Below are positions 39,701 to 52,870 of a stretch of DNA of 64,000 nucleotides, in pieces. How positions within the stretch are numbered: the stretch's first letter is position 1; each line of letters starts with the position of its first letter. A model generated the notes under the pieces. It had not been told where the DNA came from. It saw only the letters and a list, made by a program, of their open reading frames with translations, and did no database searches. Both the position numbers and the translations under genes were made by a program. Source of the DNA: Camelus ferus. Lineage: Eukaryota. Where the stretch lies: the NCBI RefSeq assembly GCF_009834535.1, contig NC_045696.1, forward strand, positions 28,150,001 to 28,214,000. Reading direction: 5' to 3'.

Positions 39701-41109
39701 ATCTTACATAATTGGGTAAAATGCTAAATTATATAAGAAATATATGAGGAAATTATTCCACGTAAAAATAAAAATGTTTATATTATTTTATGTATTAGAT
39801 AATTTCTAATTCCCATTATAGTTCTTACATAGTTCATTTTACTTGGGAATTGTTGAAAGTTTAGTTCTTAATGAATAAGGATGTATCGTTACTTAATTTT
39901 GAATGCTTGTATTATGCTCATTTCATTTCTGAATTAATCTTCTCTTTTTTAAACCAATTCTTCAAGAAATATCAATATTTTGCTTTTTACCACTTTATTT
40001 TCATTTTCAGTTTTATTAGGTAGAATTATTACAGTTCGACTGCACATATACATTATATTGCAAGTAAATACCTATATATAATATACTGCACATATTTCTT
40101 TTTAGTTTACATATATGTGCTGATCATTGTTTCTAAGAACAGATTAGAGTTTTACCACTAACTTTCATCAGAGAATCATCATCTCCATCCACTGTGTGAT
40201 TCTAATAGCATTGCCTGGCCTAACTCTAAGAGATGAAGTCAACTTGCAGCTGAGGGAAAGTCAGAGCTTATGAGTAGAAGCCTGCATCAAAGCCTGTACT
40301 CTGACATGCAATTTTCCTAGCTGAAATGAGCTCTTGAATTAGAGTGCATGGGAATTCCTATAAAGCTAATTAAAATTCCCATATGAGGTAAAAGACCATA
40401 ATCAAGGCTTGTTAGTACATGTCTCTTTGAGAAAAACAATCTTGCTTAGAAAAAAATTGCCTTATTAGTTTCATATTGAATGCTTCCAATCCTTGGCAGA
40501 ACAATGTTCCTGTAAATTAAAATAAAATCAGAGGCCATTTTATATTGATATCCTGTATATAACCTCTGTATTTATTTTATTTTCAATTGCCTGAAGTTTT
40601 AGTCATAATTTGCTTTTTATTTGGTGTTGCATCATTGTGGAAATTCTGTCAAGCTTTATTTAATAAGGGAGAGAGATTGTGAAGAAGTAACTGTATGCAC
40701 AAACCATCAGCCTCTGGAAGAGAAAGGCTGACATTCAGCTGTGTGCTACCTAATTAAATGTCACTGAATCCAGAGGCTAAATACGCATCAGTTGATGATT
40801 TGGTAGATTTTACTGCTGCATATGTAGATTTAATTATAGAGTGATTGAAATTAATAAAGTAGCACTACCTCCCAGAAACATATTTTATGACCCATGATTT
40901 CTCTGTGAAAGAGCTTGCTAACCATTGCCCTTACATAACTTAATACTTTGCTAAATTCATTAGAGGTGATTAGATTGCAGATTAACAAGCATTCACCTGC
41001 GTATTATTCACTGATAATTCTCTAGTTGATCCAAAATTAACATTCTGTTCCTTTGCCTAGTAGGTGCCAAGGATCCTTCCCTATCATGAGAAGTCTTTCT
41101 AATATATAT

Positions 41110-41150
41110 TCTGTCTATCTATCTATCTACCTACCTACCTATCTATCTAT
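41110..41150 (+). repeat. (CTAT)n/(CTAC)n tetranucleotide repeat
   Basis: ctgtctatctatctatctacctacctacctatctatctat. Confidence 0.9.
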
Positions 41151-42044
41151 TATTATCTACACTGTAATCCAGGAAATTTATACCTCTTCCTTCAGGTTGC
41201 ATATATACATAAGTGTTTTCTTTTCTTTTTTTTACAGTCATACTACGTAAATGAAAGGAGGGAAGATACGACTTAGAAAGTATCATCTTCTCAATTATCT
41301 GCTGTTTTTAATCACCTATTAGATATTATTTAATAATTAAGAATCAATAATAGAGGACACTCTCTTTGCCAAAAGCACAGATGATATATATATGATAATA
41401 ATTAATAACTACCCATAAATCATTTATATTTTAATTTGGTGTCCATTTTGTTCATTTTAAGATATCTACAAAGCAATTTTACTCCCCACTCCCTCTACCC
41501 CAGTGGTAAATAGGGAAATATAACCTGAAATGAATAGACTGGTACAAAAAGAGCTAATATGTAGAAGCATTTGATCTGAAAATGCTTTCTTCAAAGCACA
41601 TTTAATTTCCTTAGAGTGAATATACATTACCAAATCCCCAACATCTGGCAGAAACATGTATCAAAAGTTCTGTACTTCCAGAGACTGGCAGTTGAAATTG
41701 TGATTTGTAATCACTGTGAAAATGCCTTTTTCCTATATAGAGTTAGGTCATTTCCTCTTCCACATTTGACAGTCAGAAAGCATGCTATTCTGGTGACTTT
41801 TTAAATGACAGGGATGTCCCTTTCATATAATTTTCTCACTTTAATATGTCCTTATCTCTTGGGAGATGAAATTGTGGTATCAGATACTCATGAGAGAAAG
41901 TCATACTTTAAAAAGCATTATGGGAGGGGCAGTGAGCAATGCGTAAATGCCTATGACTTGTGCTATTCTACAATAGATGCTTAGAAACACACAAAGCAGT
42001 TCACTAAATGATATTTTTAGGGGATCTTCTTGTTTTGCAGAAAC

Positions 42045-42206
42045 AAGGTATGCATCACATTCATCTGCAAAGCATCTGAAATGCATCCCTGAACTCTTTA
42101 GACCTACTAACTCAAATTCTCCAAGGCTGGGATAAGGTCTGGTTATTTAAGTTTTTAAAAGCCTGACTAGGTGATTTGGATGCCGACCCCTGGTTAAAAG
42201 CCATTG
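42045..42206. mobile_element. MER5-type hAT-Charlie MITE
   Basis: 'tgcatcacattcatctg...agacctactaactcaaattctcca...ggtgatttggatgc...tggttaaaagccattg'. Confidence 0.65.
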
Positions 42207-43079
42207 TATTAAAGTAAGGGAGAGATGAAGCGAATAAAAGTACCCAACAGTTTTCATCCTGAAGCATCCCAGTCACTGCAAAGTCTATAATCCCTGCCAC
42301 ATTCAAAAAACAAATAAAACCCAATAAAAAACACGACATATCAAGTAGGCATAAATATTATCCAGACCTATACTACAGGTTAGATTCATATATAAATTTT
42401 CCAAATTGTTATATGAGAATGTAACATAGATGGAGCACCTAGCATACCCAAATGATACAGGAATTATAACCTCTGCCTAAAGGGTTTCTAACATATATGT
42501 TGTTAATAAAATTCAGCCTTGAGAATATGTATCCATTCAGCTGTTTTGAAAGCAAATATGTGAGTGAAATAAGATATTTTTAATCTTAGAAAATTCCTAC
42601 GGGTGGAGTGAAATCAAAACAAATATTTAAAAGGTGAGACTATCAGCTATTCAAATAGTAAATATTATATATGTTTTATTTTAAAATTACATTAAGTTAT
42701 ACTAACCTAAAAATATGTCAGTATTACTTATTTTAAATTATTGTTTTTAAGTAAATAATTATTTTACGATAAGGAAATAGAACAACAATTCCTCAGATAT
42801 TCATAAAAAAGGACCAAAGGAGTTCTTGGGCAGACCCTAAAAAACAGGAAGGGTTTTTGGATAAATATTCTGCCATGCCTGTATATACCCTTCCAAACCA
42901 CAGCTCTCTGCCTCCCCATTCTCAGCTAAACACACTGAGAAAGTTTTGTACTTTTGTGATCTACAAGTGACAAATCCGAACCCATCCGAATCTTCTGTGC
43001 TCCCTTGTTACTCTGAAAATCTCTACCTGTGGTTAAAAACGTCCTTTATTTGAAATGCAACAGACATTTTTTTTCTCAT

Positions 43080-44290
43080 TTTTCGCATTTCAAAAAGAGT
43101 TGATAAACTTTTCCTTTGACTTATGTGACAGTGTTCTATTTTTCTAACACTTTTTTCCACTCAATTTAAAATTCTAATCATCCTTTAGAAGTTGATAATC
43201 CTAAAGACCTGGTCCTAAGCCTTTTCTTTTTTTCTTTTCCTACCTTTTTTATTCTCAGTTCTCATTGTCCTCCTGTGTTAGTACGTCTGTTTTCATGGTT
43301 GAAAGAGCTATACCTATGCTGAAGACTCCCAGTGGGTTTCTTTCCCACATCTCTGTGATGAGCTGCAGACCCATATATGTTACTATCCAATGAACACAAT
43401 TATTCCAAAACCAAAATGATCACCTATATCACTCTACCAGCCCCTAAAATAACCAACCAACAAAACAAAAATATTTCTGTGCCCTGTTCCATGAATGGCA
43501 TCCTCCATGGCGTTGCCTGATTCAAACACCTGAGTGTCCTTCTCCAATCTGCCCATCCCCCTAGTCCAATCAATCTGCAAGGACTTCAGTTGTTTCTTCC
43601 TAAAACTGGCAATTGTTTCACCACTTCCCCATTCTTCCACCACCACCTGGTTTGGGCTACCATTTTCTTTGCCCAAATTACTTCAAGAACACAATTATCT
43701 TTTTATCATCTATATTTCCCATTAACCTTAGAGTTAGGCAAACTTTCTCATATGCAAATACAATTTTATTTCCATTGTTATTAAAATGTTTTAGTCAACG
43801 AAGAGGCAGGATAAAATTTGCCCTCAGGAGAAAGAACTCTCCATAAACCCACATCTTTTCAATTTAATCTTTCACCACACCCACTTCCTCTTCCTTTTCT
43901 GTCCCTCTTCCCTCACTTACCTATATAAGCACTCGGTGCTAAAGGTGGGCTGAATTGGGTACAAATCCTTAAATGAACACTTGTTCCTTCTCAACTCCAG
44001 ACCACTTCCTTTTGTATTCCTCCAGCTAGATCCCCCTTTCCATCATCCTCTTTACTTTCGGTGTAGATTTAGAGGTTAGTTCTTCCAAATACCTTCCTTG
44101 ATCTATCCTATTCAAGGTATAGGATTACTTTTTCTCTACTATCACACTCTCTGTACTTACCTGATTTTATTAGTTATCACACTATTTTGTGATTGCCTAT
44201 TTTCCCATATTTTCCATTATTATGTACTTCCTCCTGAAAGCAAACACCGTGGCTATGCTATTCTCACCTGTACCCAATTCCTAGCTTCCC
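43080..44290 (+). mobile_element. L2 LINE 3' half
   Basis: Pyrimidine-rich; 'cctatgctgaagactccca', 'tgagctgcagacccatat', 'atgaatggcatcctccat', 'tccaatcaatctgcaag'. Confidence 0.75.
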
Positions 44291-44778
44291 CTCCCTCTGA
44301 TTGGCTTCTGCTGAGTCATCTTGTGATCAGGTCCACTATCAACACCATCATTTAACCCTTCTATTCTATTTTAACCACTTTCTTCTTGGCTTCTTCTTAG
44401 TTTATAAATAGACACACATCTCATTAAAAACATACAAACAAATCAAAACAAAAAACACATAACCTGGTACCCACTCTGTACCACCAAACTGCTAAGGTTC
44501 ATGAAATTTTTTATTTCACTGGCTATCTCTATTATTGTTTTTTGAGTTCTTTTCTTTTGGTCTTATATCAAATATTTATCTGACTGTAATTTCACTCCCA
44601 CCTTTTATTCCAACATTAAGACAGGGTGCAAAGAGTCACGAATTATCAGTGTCCAATACAGTGAGCATTGATATTTAGTATCTTGGCTATCATCCCTAAA
44701 ACTCTTTCCTAGACAGTACTGAAAAGCTCCACTGAATACAAGTATTCCTATTCATACCCGAGGTTAGAGAACTTAGTT

Positions 44779-44802
44779 AAAACAAACAAACAAACAAACA
44801 AA
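44779..44802 (+). repeat. (AAAC)n repeat
   Basis: aaaacaaacaaacaaacaaacaaa. Confidence 0.9.
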
Positions 44803-44820
44803 ACCCCTCTTGCTCTAAGC

Positions 44821-45351
44821 CAGTACTTCTCAAAATCTTAAAGTATACGCAAATTACCTGGGGTCCTTTTGGAAGGCAGCCAAGACCTCAGTAGTCTGGG
44901 TTGGGGCCTGAGTCTTCACTTTCGAACAAGCTCCCATGTCAAAGCTGCTGGTCTGACCACACGTAGAGCAGCAAGTATCCGCAACCACAGTGGAGTAACT
45001 ACGGAGCTTTCAAAACAACAGCCTTCCCTGGGTACCCTGGGAGACTGATTCAATTGATCTGGGTGCGAGCTGGTTCCTGGGAGTTTGGACTGCTCCCCAG
45101 GTGATTCTACTATGCAACAAAGCTTGCGAACCACTGTTCTAAGTCAGAACAACGTCTTCCTCCATTAAAGCCCTTCTTCTAATCATGCTGGATAGGCCAC
45201 GTGAGATTTAAGTGTCAAGTAATGCCCATTTGGCCTTTGCTCCTCAAAAAGCATAGGTGGATGCAGCCACCGTCTGCACCACCTGGAAGGATGAGTGTTT
45301 TTGTCAAGATCCTCAGTTGGTTTGTGTGCAAATTCAATTCGAGAAGCACTG
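44821..45351. mobile_element. Cluster of MER5-type MITEs (about 44821-44975, 44976-45136, 45255-45351)
   Basis: 'cagtacttctcaaa...gtagtctgggttggggcctgag...aacaagctccca', 'ctccccaggtgattctactatgcaacaaagcttgcgaaccactg', 'tcgagaagcactg'. Confidence 0.7.
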
Positions 45352-45386
45352 GATTAAGGTAATTATTTACGTCAAGTAGGCATTTA

Positions 45387-45677
45387 TTTATTTATTCATT
45401 TTAATAAAATTGTTCATGAGGTATAATGAACATACAACACTGTGTGTGTTTTGGGTGCACAACATAATGGTTTGGAACATGTATATATTGTGAAATGACT
45501 ACAACAGTCAGTTCAGTTAACCTTCATTATCACACATAGTTACAATTCTCTTTCTTGTGATGAGAACTTTTAAGATCTACTCCCTTAGCAACTGTCAAAT
45601 ATACAGTAGAGTAACAGTCACCATGCTGTACATTATATCACCAGGACTTATTTATCTTATACCTGGAAATATTTGGA
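45387..45677 (-). mobile_element. L1 3' end (L1MA9-related, Laurasiatherian)
   Basis: 'gtatatattgtgaaatga...gtgatgagaacttttaagatctactcccttagcaac...gtcaccatgctgtacatta...acttatttatcttata'; TSD taggcattta at 45377-45386 and 45678-45687. Confidence 0.9.
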
Positions 45678-46045
45678 TAGGCATTTAAAATATCAAAACT
45701 TATTTAGATAACATTAGTAGCCCAATAAGGAATTCTTTTACTAAGTTCATCTAGAGTGTCTAAATATATCTCTGCAAATGATCCCCTTTCTTTGTTAGAC
45801 TGCATGCTGATTCCTACTGAAACAGACCGTCTGGAGTGGAGCAGAGAGAGCAGAAATTTCCATTCAGACAGACCTGTGCTCAAATGATTGCTCTGCTCTG
45901 TTATTCTGAGAAAGTCATCCCACTCCTGCACGTTACTTTCCTTAACTTTAAAGTGAAGAGATATCTTGGGGATGTCATTGCTGTCAGTTCAAATGAATTT
46001 TTTGGTAAAAATGCCTGACACTTCAAATCAAAGGCCCATAGATCC

Positions 46046-46696
46046 ATTCAAGTATTTATTTACCCACTGATTTTGTATTGAGCACTTCAAATTATAATAA
46101 AGGAAATAGAGATGTTAGAAAGAAGTGAAGAATTTGTTCTCTGTGGAGCTCCCATTTGTGTGTGTGTGTGTGTGTGCACGCGCTTGTGTGTAATAAAATA
46201 AGTAAATGAGGTAGAGAAAGCTTAGGCGGGTGTGACAAAGGGGTAGTCAAGTTTTCTTTGAGATCTGAATGACGGGGAAAAAATCACCCCGGTGAAAATC
46301 TGGTGAGAAATAGCTCAGGTAGAGGTAAGAACAGCCACAAAGACCGAAGCATGGAAGAGCCTGGTGTGTTCCAGGCACAGAGCAGGCTTGTGAAGCGGAC
46401 ATGGAATAAATGCGAGGAGAGCCTGGTGGGAGTGAGGCTAGAGGGCTAGGGGTACCTCCATCATTTGAAGGCTGCAAGGAAAAGGCAAGCAGTTTCCACT
46501 TTCTTCTAACTGCAAAGTGGATACACAGGAATTTTCAATTAAAATATGATCTTGTTTTCATTATTAAAATAAATAGTTTTGGCTGCTGTGGTGAGAACTG
46601 ACTATGGTGAGAAGGGGCTAAAATGGAAACACTAGGGCCAGTTATGAGGTTATTACTTCTAGCAATACAAGCAAGAGATGATGATAACTTAGACCA
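46046..46696 (-). mobile_element. L2 3' part, with (TG)n at about 46157-46176
   Basis: 'attcaagtatttatt...tttgagatctgaatga...gagcctggtgtgttcca...ggctgctgtggtgagaa...aagcaagagatgatgataacttagacc'. Confidence 0.85.
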
Positions 46697-47156
46697 AAAA
46701 AATCCTAACTTTCTATGTGTGTCATTCATCCTGTGCTGGCTGCATGCACCTCCTCAAAGTGGCCAGTGCCTCCCCGTCTAACAGGTCAGTGCGCTGTGTA
46801 AGTGATGTTCCGTAGCAGACTACTTTGAGGTCCAGGATTCCACCCCATGGTCTAGTTATGAGTAATGACCATAAATATAGCCTTAAATACATCCATATAC
46901 TAATAACTACCAGGTGATTTATAGCTGAGCTCCAAAGGTTTCCCTCAATATATAGTTCCATCTCTGTGACTCAGCAGGCATTAAGTTAATGGCAATGTCC
47001 CTGAATTATTAACCTACTTCACTCGCAGGTAATCTGGAGAACTGGATGAGCAACCTGTGTTCAGTGTCATTCTGAACTGAATATGTTTCAATTGTTTGTC
47101 TTTTTCTGCTTCTAGTCTCCAAAAAAAATTTAGTATCAAAAATATTGTGTGTACTG

Positions 47157-47470
47157 TTTCATTCATTCAAATGTATTTCTTGATTTGCTTTTACATCCAG
47201 GTACCAAACTAAATACTAGGGAAAATTCAGTGGCCAAGAAAACATACATGGTTAACTTCACAGATAATATTGTTCACTAAGAGAAGGCATCCGAAATACA
47301 GACAGTCCTATCAGGGGCCATCAGGGGCACTCTCTATGACATGAAGAAGTTTAGAAAAGCCTTCTTATAGAAAGCAGGGTGTTAGTTGTGAACTCAGCAA
47401 AACGGAGGACAAAGGGAGTGGAGAAGAGAGAAAGAAAACAGTATCCAGAATTGAAAAAGACCATGGCACC
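47157..47470 (-). mobile_element. L2 3' fragment
   Basis: 'ttcattcattcaaatgtatttcttga...ccaggtacc...actaggg...agaaaagccttc'. Confidence 0.6.
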
Positions 47471-47589
47471 ATCAATATTTTCTAAATGTGTAAATAAAAC
47501 CCCTGCACCAGTTGGATGACCTAACCTAACCTAAGCCTACCTGTGCTGAAGCCAGAGGAGAGACAAAGATTAACTAATTCATATGTTAA

Positions 47590-47730
47590 TTAATCAACGA
47601 ACATTATTGAGTGCCTACCACACACCAGACATTAGTAACTGCACACAGAAGTGAGTGAGAGAAAAGTTCCCTAGAGCTTAACTTTCTTAGGGCTTGGGAG
47701 ACGAGAGGCAGTCAATGGACAAACAAGTCA
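47590..47730 (-). mobile_element. L2 3' end fragment
   Basis: 'tcaacgaacattattgagtgcctaccacaccagacatt'. Confidence 0.65.
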
Positions 47731-49694
47731 CTTTCCTCCCCCGCCAAGCCAGCTCATTGTTTAAAGTCAGAAGTGTAAAAATATAACAGATGTTCTTTGT
47801 TCTATCAACAAATCCCACCTGTGGGACACCCTACAGTGTTTTTGAACAGGTCTGTCAGAAAGCAAGTGATTCAGAAAATCACCTGGCAGAGCTAAGCACA
47901 AGAAACACACATGACAAGGCTGTCAGGGCTTTTCAGCTCAAGCGATGACAAATGCCACAGGAATGAGCCCGCTTTCATTACTCCTCCCTGGAGTCTTTCT
48001 ACAATCCCAGGATCTTCATCGGCGTCTTTTTTTTTTTTTTTTTTTTTTAATTCTGTATGACTTGAATTAGTTCCTCCTTTTGCCACCTATCTCCGCATCT
48101 TATTCCATCCAACTTCCACACCCCCAAAGGAAACCAGCCTCTTAGCCATCTGCTTGGTCAGAGATTGCCCTAGGACCCCTTTGAATACTGACAATTTATT
48201 TCTTCAAGTGAGCCAGAGGGGACTGTTCATCCTGGAGAACACTGAAAAGTTTCGCAGGGCCAATTTTATTTTTTCAGCAGACTCTCTTGAATAATTGAGT
48301 ACGTTTCACACCAAATCAAATGATAGGATGGTTTTTCCTTTCAATTCAGAAGTGTGCTATTTCAGAATCCCAGCATCTGCAATAAACGATTTTCCCACTA
48401 AGAAAAGAAACATTTTACTGAGATTTAAAGACCATGCGAGGTAAGAGACTCTCCAGAAAGGCATTAAAAATTAACTACGGGCTGAAAATCCAGAATGGAA
48501 ATGCCAAAATAAATCTGAGTTTTTCTCAAATATAAAGGAGACGATACAAATAAATCTCACGCATAAAAACTTTAACATCCCATCACCTTAGCCTGCAGAT
48601 CCAATTACCCTCCAACGTTTACTGCTCAAACACGCTGAGCATATTCACCAGCCCTCCAGTCAGAAAATAATAAAAGATCTGCAGGTGTATTTACACTCAG
48701 AGGGAAAAGGTAGAGGTGTGAGAACTGCCATCATTTTCTTTGGAGTTATAAACAACAGAGTCCATGACTAGCAAGAAATCTGTGCATCAGCTTTGCTAAT
48801 TGTATTACACTGTTTTGAGTAAAAATGGGGGGAAAGAGTCAAAGGAAATGTGACTTGATACTTTGCTTCAGAGTTTTATAATAAAATACTAGGCTATTGC
48901 CTTGTGTATTCAATGCCATTTAGAATTTGCATTCCTAGCATTCATTCCCTTGTAGGCAATCACAGACAGAATGTGTCCTGAGGAATTAGTTGCCTGCCTA
49001 CAAGTTACTCACAGTCTACTGGAAGAGACAGACTCCCCAGATAGATAAAGCCAGCACAACGCCACGCATGTTATAGGATGATATGTGCCGCTTGCTACTG
49101 GAACACTGTGGAAAAAGCAATGAATTCTGTCCCAGTTTACTTGAGCTGTCTGTGCAGGAGAGTAGGAAGCCATATACGCATGGTGGCTTAATGTGGCACA
49201 CACAAATAATTTCTCATGTTCTCACAATCACCCTGAGTTTGGGAAAAATATGCCTGCAGAAAAATGGATGTTTGTTACCAGGATGTATTAGTGTATGAAG
49301 TTTTATAGAACTGAGGCAGGGAAATATAAGGTTTTACACAAAGGGTAAGAGCTATTACATTGCCTGAAGTCTTGAGTCATTCATCTTTATCTCTGGCACA
49401 CGTGTGAGATGATCCTGAAAGCCAACAGCTGCTAAAACAGTCAATTAGTAGAGAGCCCACAGCTAAACCGGCTGGTCAGAGGAATATCTGGGAAAGGTTT
49501 AATGGTCGATGGTGTAGACTAAGAGAAGAAATAAAGTATACTTTAAAAATAGTGGTTCTGGAGCTAATTCTGCAAATACTACCCCCAGTGTCAACTTGTC
49601 ATTGTATATAGTCTGGTTGGGGTTTGAGTTCTCAAGAGGGAGTGCAAGTTTGGGGAACTCCAAGAAATTATCATCATGTCAAAAGAAACAATAT

Positions 49695-49746
49695 GTGAGT
49701 AACACAACCTTATAAATCAACTATACTTCAAAAAAAAAGAAAAAGA
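49695..49746 (+). mobile_element. Extremely truncated cetartiodactyl L1 tail
   Basis: 'taacacaaccttataaatcaactatacttca' + A tail; perfect 14-bp TSD aaaagaaacaatat at 49681-49694 and 49747-49760. Confidence 0.85.
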
Positions 49747-50725
49747 AAAAGAAACAATATACGAATGATATTAATTCACTAAATTGCTGCAAAATGAAAT
49801 ATTTCAATTGATAAACTCTTTCAACATTTATTATTTTTTAAATATATTTTAAAAACAAAGATTAAAAACAAAAAGACAAGTAATAAGGAAAAAACTGAGG
49901 AAAAGATAATTTTTTGGAAGATGTTCAAGGAACCTTCTGGAGTATGTACTGAGAACCAGCCATCCTTTAAGGCACAGGAGGTACAGTGCCCCACGGTTCA
50001 CTGTTTACACCAATAGAGGATCATAGATTAGTCTATGTGAATAGTTTTTCCTAGGATATACCACCAAAGCAATGTATTAATAATTAAATCTGGAGTATCA
50101 TCATGCCCACTCAGTTTTAATGATTTCAAGTTTCCAGATTATTCCATGAGATTTAAATTACCTTCATGTATTGGGGGGAAAAAACAATCCAGTTCAGAAT
50201 GGCAGTGTCAACAACACAAAGACCTAGTTCATGCTGACAATCTCATATAATTTATTTCTCCTTTTTATAACAAAGCATTTTTAAAATATATAAATATTCT
50301 AATTGGTAACTGTGATATAAAAATAGTAAATTGTACCAATTCTAAAATTGAACACACTGCAGGAGATTCCACTACCCCCATTTAAGGCACTCCTTTACCA
50401 CATCCTGTTACAGAAACTCATACATTGAACTGCATACCCTGGTGAATTTTCAGATTTTACATAATGTGCGTAAATAGGCCTATAAATAAGTAGTATTACA
50501 TGTAGGAATCCCTTAAATAAATGTCAGTGCGTTCCACCTTTTAATTTTTAAGTTTTAAAGGATACCTAGTCTTCAATACTTTGAATGGATAGCATTTTTT
50601 TTAATGCACAAAAGTTAAACTTAGTTCACTCTACCAGTCAACACTCTGTACATCACAGCAGGACTGACCATATTAACATGTATAGAAAGTATAAAAATAA
50701 CTGCTAGATAGATTTGAAAAGCCTA

Positions 50726-51155
50726 TGTGGTAGATTATGAAAAGGGCTGCAAATCACTCCCATCTCTAAAACCAAATCTTTACAATAAGATAGTGCAGAT
50801 TATCCAGTCAAGAAGTGGAGTCTGTTTCCCCAGTTATTACTATAAATTTTTTTAACTTAAGTACAGTCAGTTATAATGTGTCAACTTCTGGTGTACAGCA
50901 CAATGTCCCAGTCATGCATACACATACATACAAATTTTGAATCTGGGTTGCCATGTGACCTGGTTTGATCAGGAAAACATTAGCAAACTTGATCCAAGCA
51001 CACCTGGAACAGACTGTGCTTCGGGGCTTGCTCTCTTTGCAACCCTGAGACCACCAGGTGAAGAGCTCCAGGAATCTGCTGGAGGACGAGAGAACCTTTG
51101 GCCCCAAACAATCCATCTCAGCTTGGTCGTGTCCCCCAGCCAACCATTAGACATT
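50726..51155 (+). mobile_element. MaLR LTR (MLT1F/G-like) 5' part
   Basis: 'tgtggtagatt...caagaagtggagtctgtttcccca' [insert] 'ttgaatctgggttgccatgtgacctggtttga...ctgctggaggacgagaga'. Confidence 0.8.
50847..50931 (-). mobile_element. Camelid L1 tail nested in the MLT1 LTR
   Basis: 'aagtacagtcagttataatgtgtcaacttctggtgtacagcacaatgtcccagtcatgcata' is the reverse of the family at 11.7 kb; flanked by aaatttt on both sides. Confidence 0.88.
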
Positions 51156-52689
51156 TAGTAGTTCCGGTGTTAAATTTCAGACTCATCTAATTACGGTACC
51201 GGTAAAACACTTAGGTGGGCATTGCTGATGGAGACGTGTTTCTCCTGGTACTTCTCTATCCAGATCTTCTATTTAATTCTAATTATTAAGTCCATTTAAT
51301 TCTGTGTCTCAGATCAGAATTTTTTTAAGCTTCTGTCCCAAACCAGACCGACTGCTTCCTGTTATCAGAGTTCAGCTCTTGTTCCCTATCGAATTAAAAA
51401 ATTAGCCTGTGTACAAGAAGTTCTCTGGGCTTGCTGCAGAAATCGCAGCTATTTCTGACTCCCTTGCTATTTCTTACTCTAATTACTATTGCAACATTAG
51501 CAATTGTTCTTACAGGGGCTTCCTCCAAAAACAAATGTGCCTGACGAAATGCTTTCTGCCCTAAGCACTGGTGCTGGGAAAGACCTTCATACATTGCCGG
51601 GTTTGAGGATGCTAACAGAGACCGAGTGGCTTTAACCCAGCAATATTTTTAGGATCAAGCAGAACCAGGAAGACTGTCCCCAAGTGCTAAAAATCTCTTG
51701 TGCTCACTGTTGTTTCATGTATTCAGCAAACATCTTGCCAAAAAGTTAACTTTCTCTTCCTGAGATCGAGTTTTGTTTCATTGCTACCACCCACCTATGT
51801 ATTTGTGTAAAAAAATATAAACAAAACACTTACTCGCAGCAAGTACCTATGTGAGGTGCTGTGTACTCAACGGCTGATAAGAAATAAACCCTGTCCTCAA
51901 GGAAAACTTACACTACTCCATTTCCACAATAAAATGACTCACATGTGGAGAAAAATATTAACAAGGAACCCTTTATTAAAAATTTATACACTTACTGCAT
52001 TTAAAAATTCCTGCTATCTTTTGAAATGATGAACTAGGAAAAAACATTCATATATATATATATATTCAGACACACATACATAATATAAATATATATCCTC
52101 CCCCCAAAGGTAAATGCCTTAAATGGCTACATTTCTATAATCCAGGATATAAATTGTATCCAATGATTATTCCTATTCAAACCTTCTATTTCAGCCAGAA
52201 GGGTGCTAGTTAAGTGTCCTTGTGGTTTGAAGGATAAAAGGTGGCCCTGCAAGTATTCAGAGTGCTTTTGCTTTACAGTACAGCTTCCATCCATTATCCT
52301 ACCATTAAGTCACAGAGAAGGTGCTTATCGCCACATTGTCATTGGTTGCCCCTGCTTTGTCTGGGGATATTCTAGCTGCGACCAAATTCTTAATCACAGC
52401 ATTGGTATCTTTGAGATGTAACACCTAAATAGAATACTACTTACAAGGTGTTTTTCTTTTTTAAAGAAAAGAATATTGTTAATTTGTTGATGTAAATTAT
52501 CAGTTACCAACTCTGGAAAGAATACAATCCAGTTCTTGCTTTTTTTTTTTAACTGGCCGAATAAATTAATGTAATTCTTCAGTTCTAACAGTTGTCCCTG
52601 ACTGTCAAATGTATCAGAGCATTCTATAAGGAGACTCGTTCACATTCAAAGGAAACAAAACAAAGGCAGTAAAGCTTAAAGAAATTGGA

Positions 52690-52870
52690 GCCAGAGAGAG
52701 GTAGGAGCAAAGCCCACCCATGCTTCTTATAGGTTGTGTCTTTAAGCCTTTGTTTCTTTATATTTCAAAATGAATGTAATAATATCAATTCTACAAGCTC
52801 GGGAAAAGATTAAACAAGGTAACCATGTAAAAACCCTTGAACAAAACAGGTAGCAAAGATTGAACAGATG
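52690..52870 (+). mobile_element. MIR SINE, degraded
   Basis: 'ttggagccaga...tttaagcctttgtttctttatatttcaaaatgaatgtaataata...aagattaaacaaggtaaccatgtaaa'. Confidence 0.6.
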
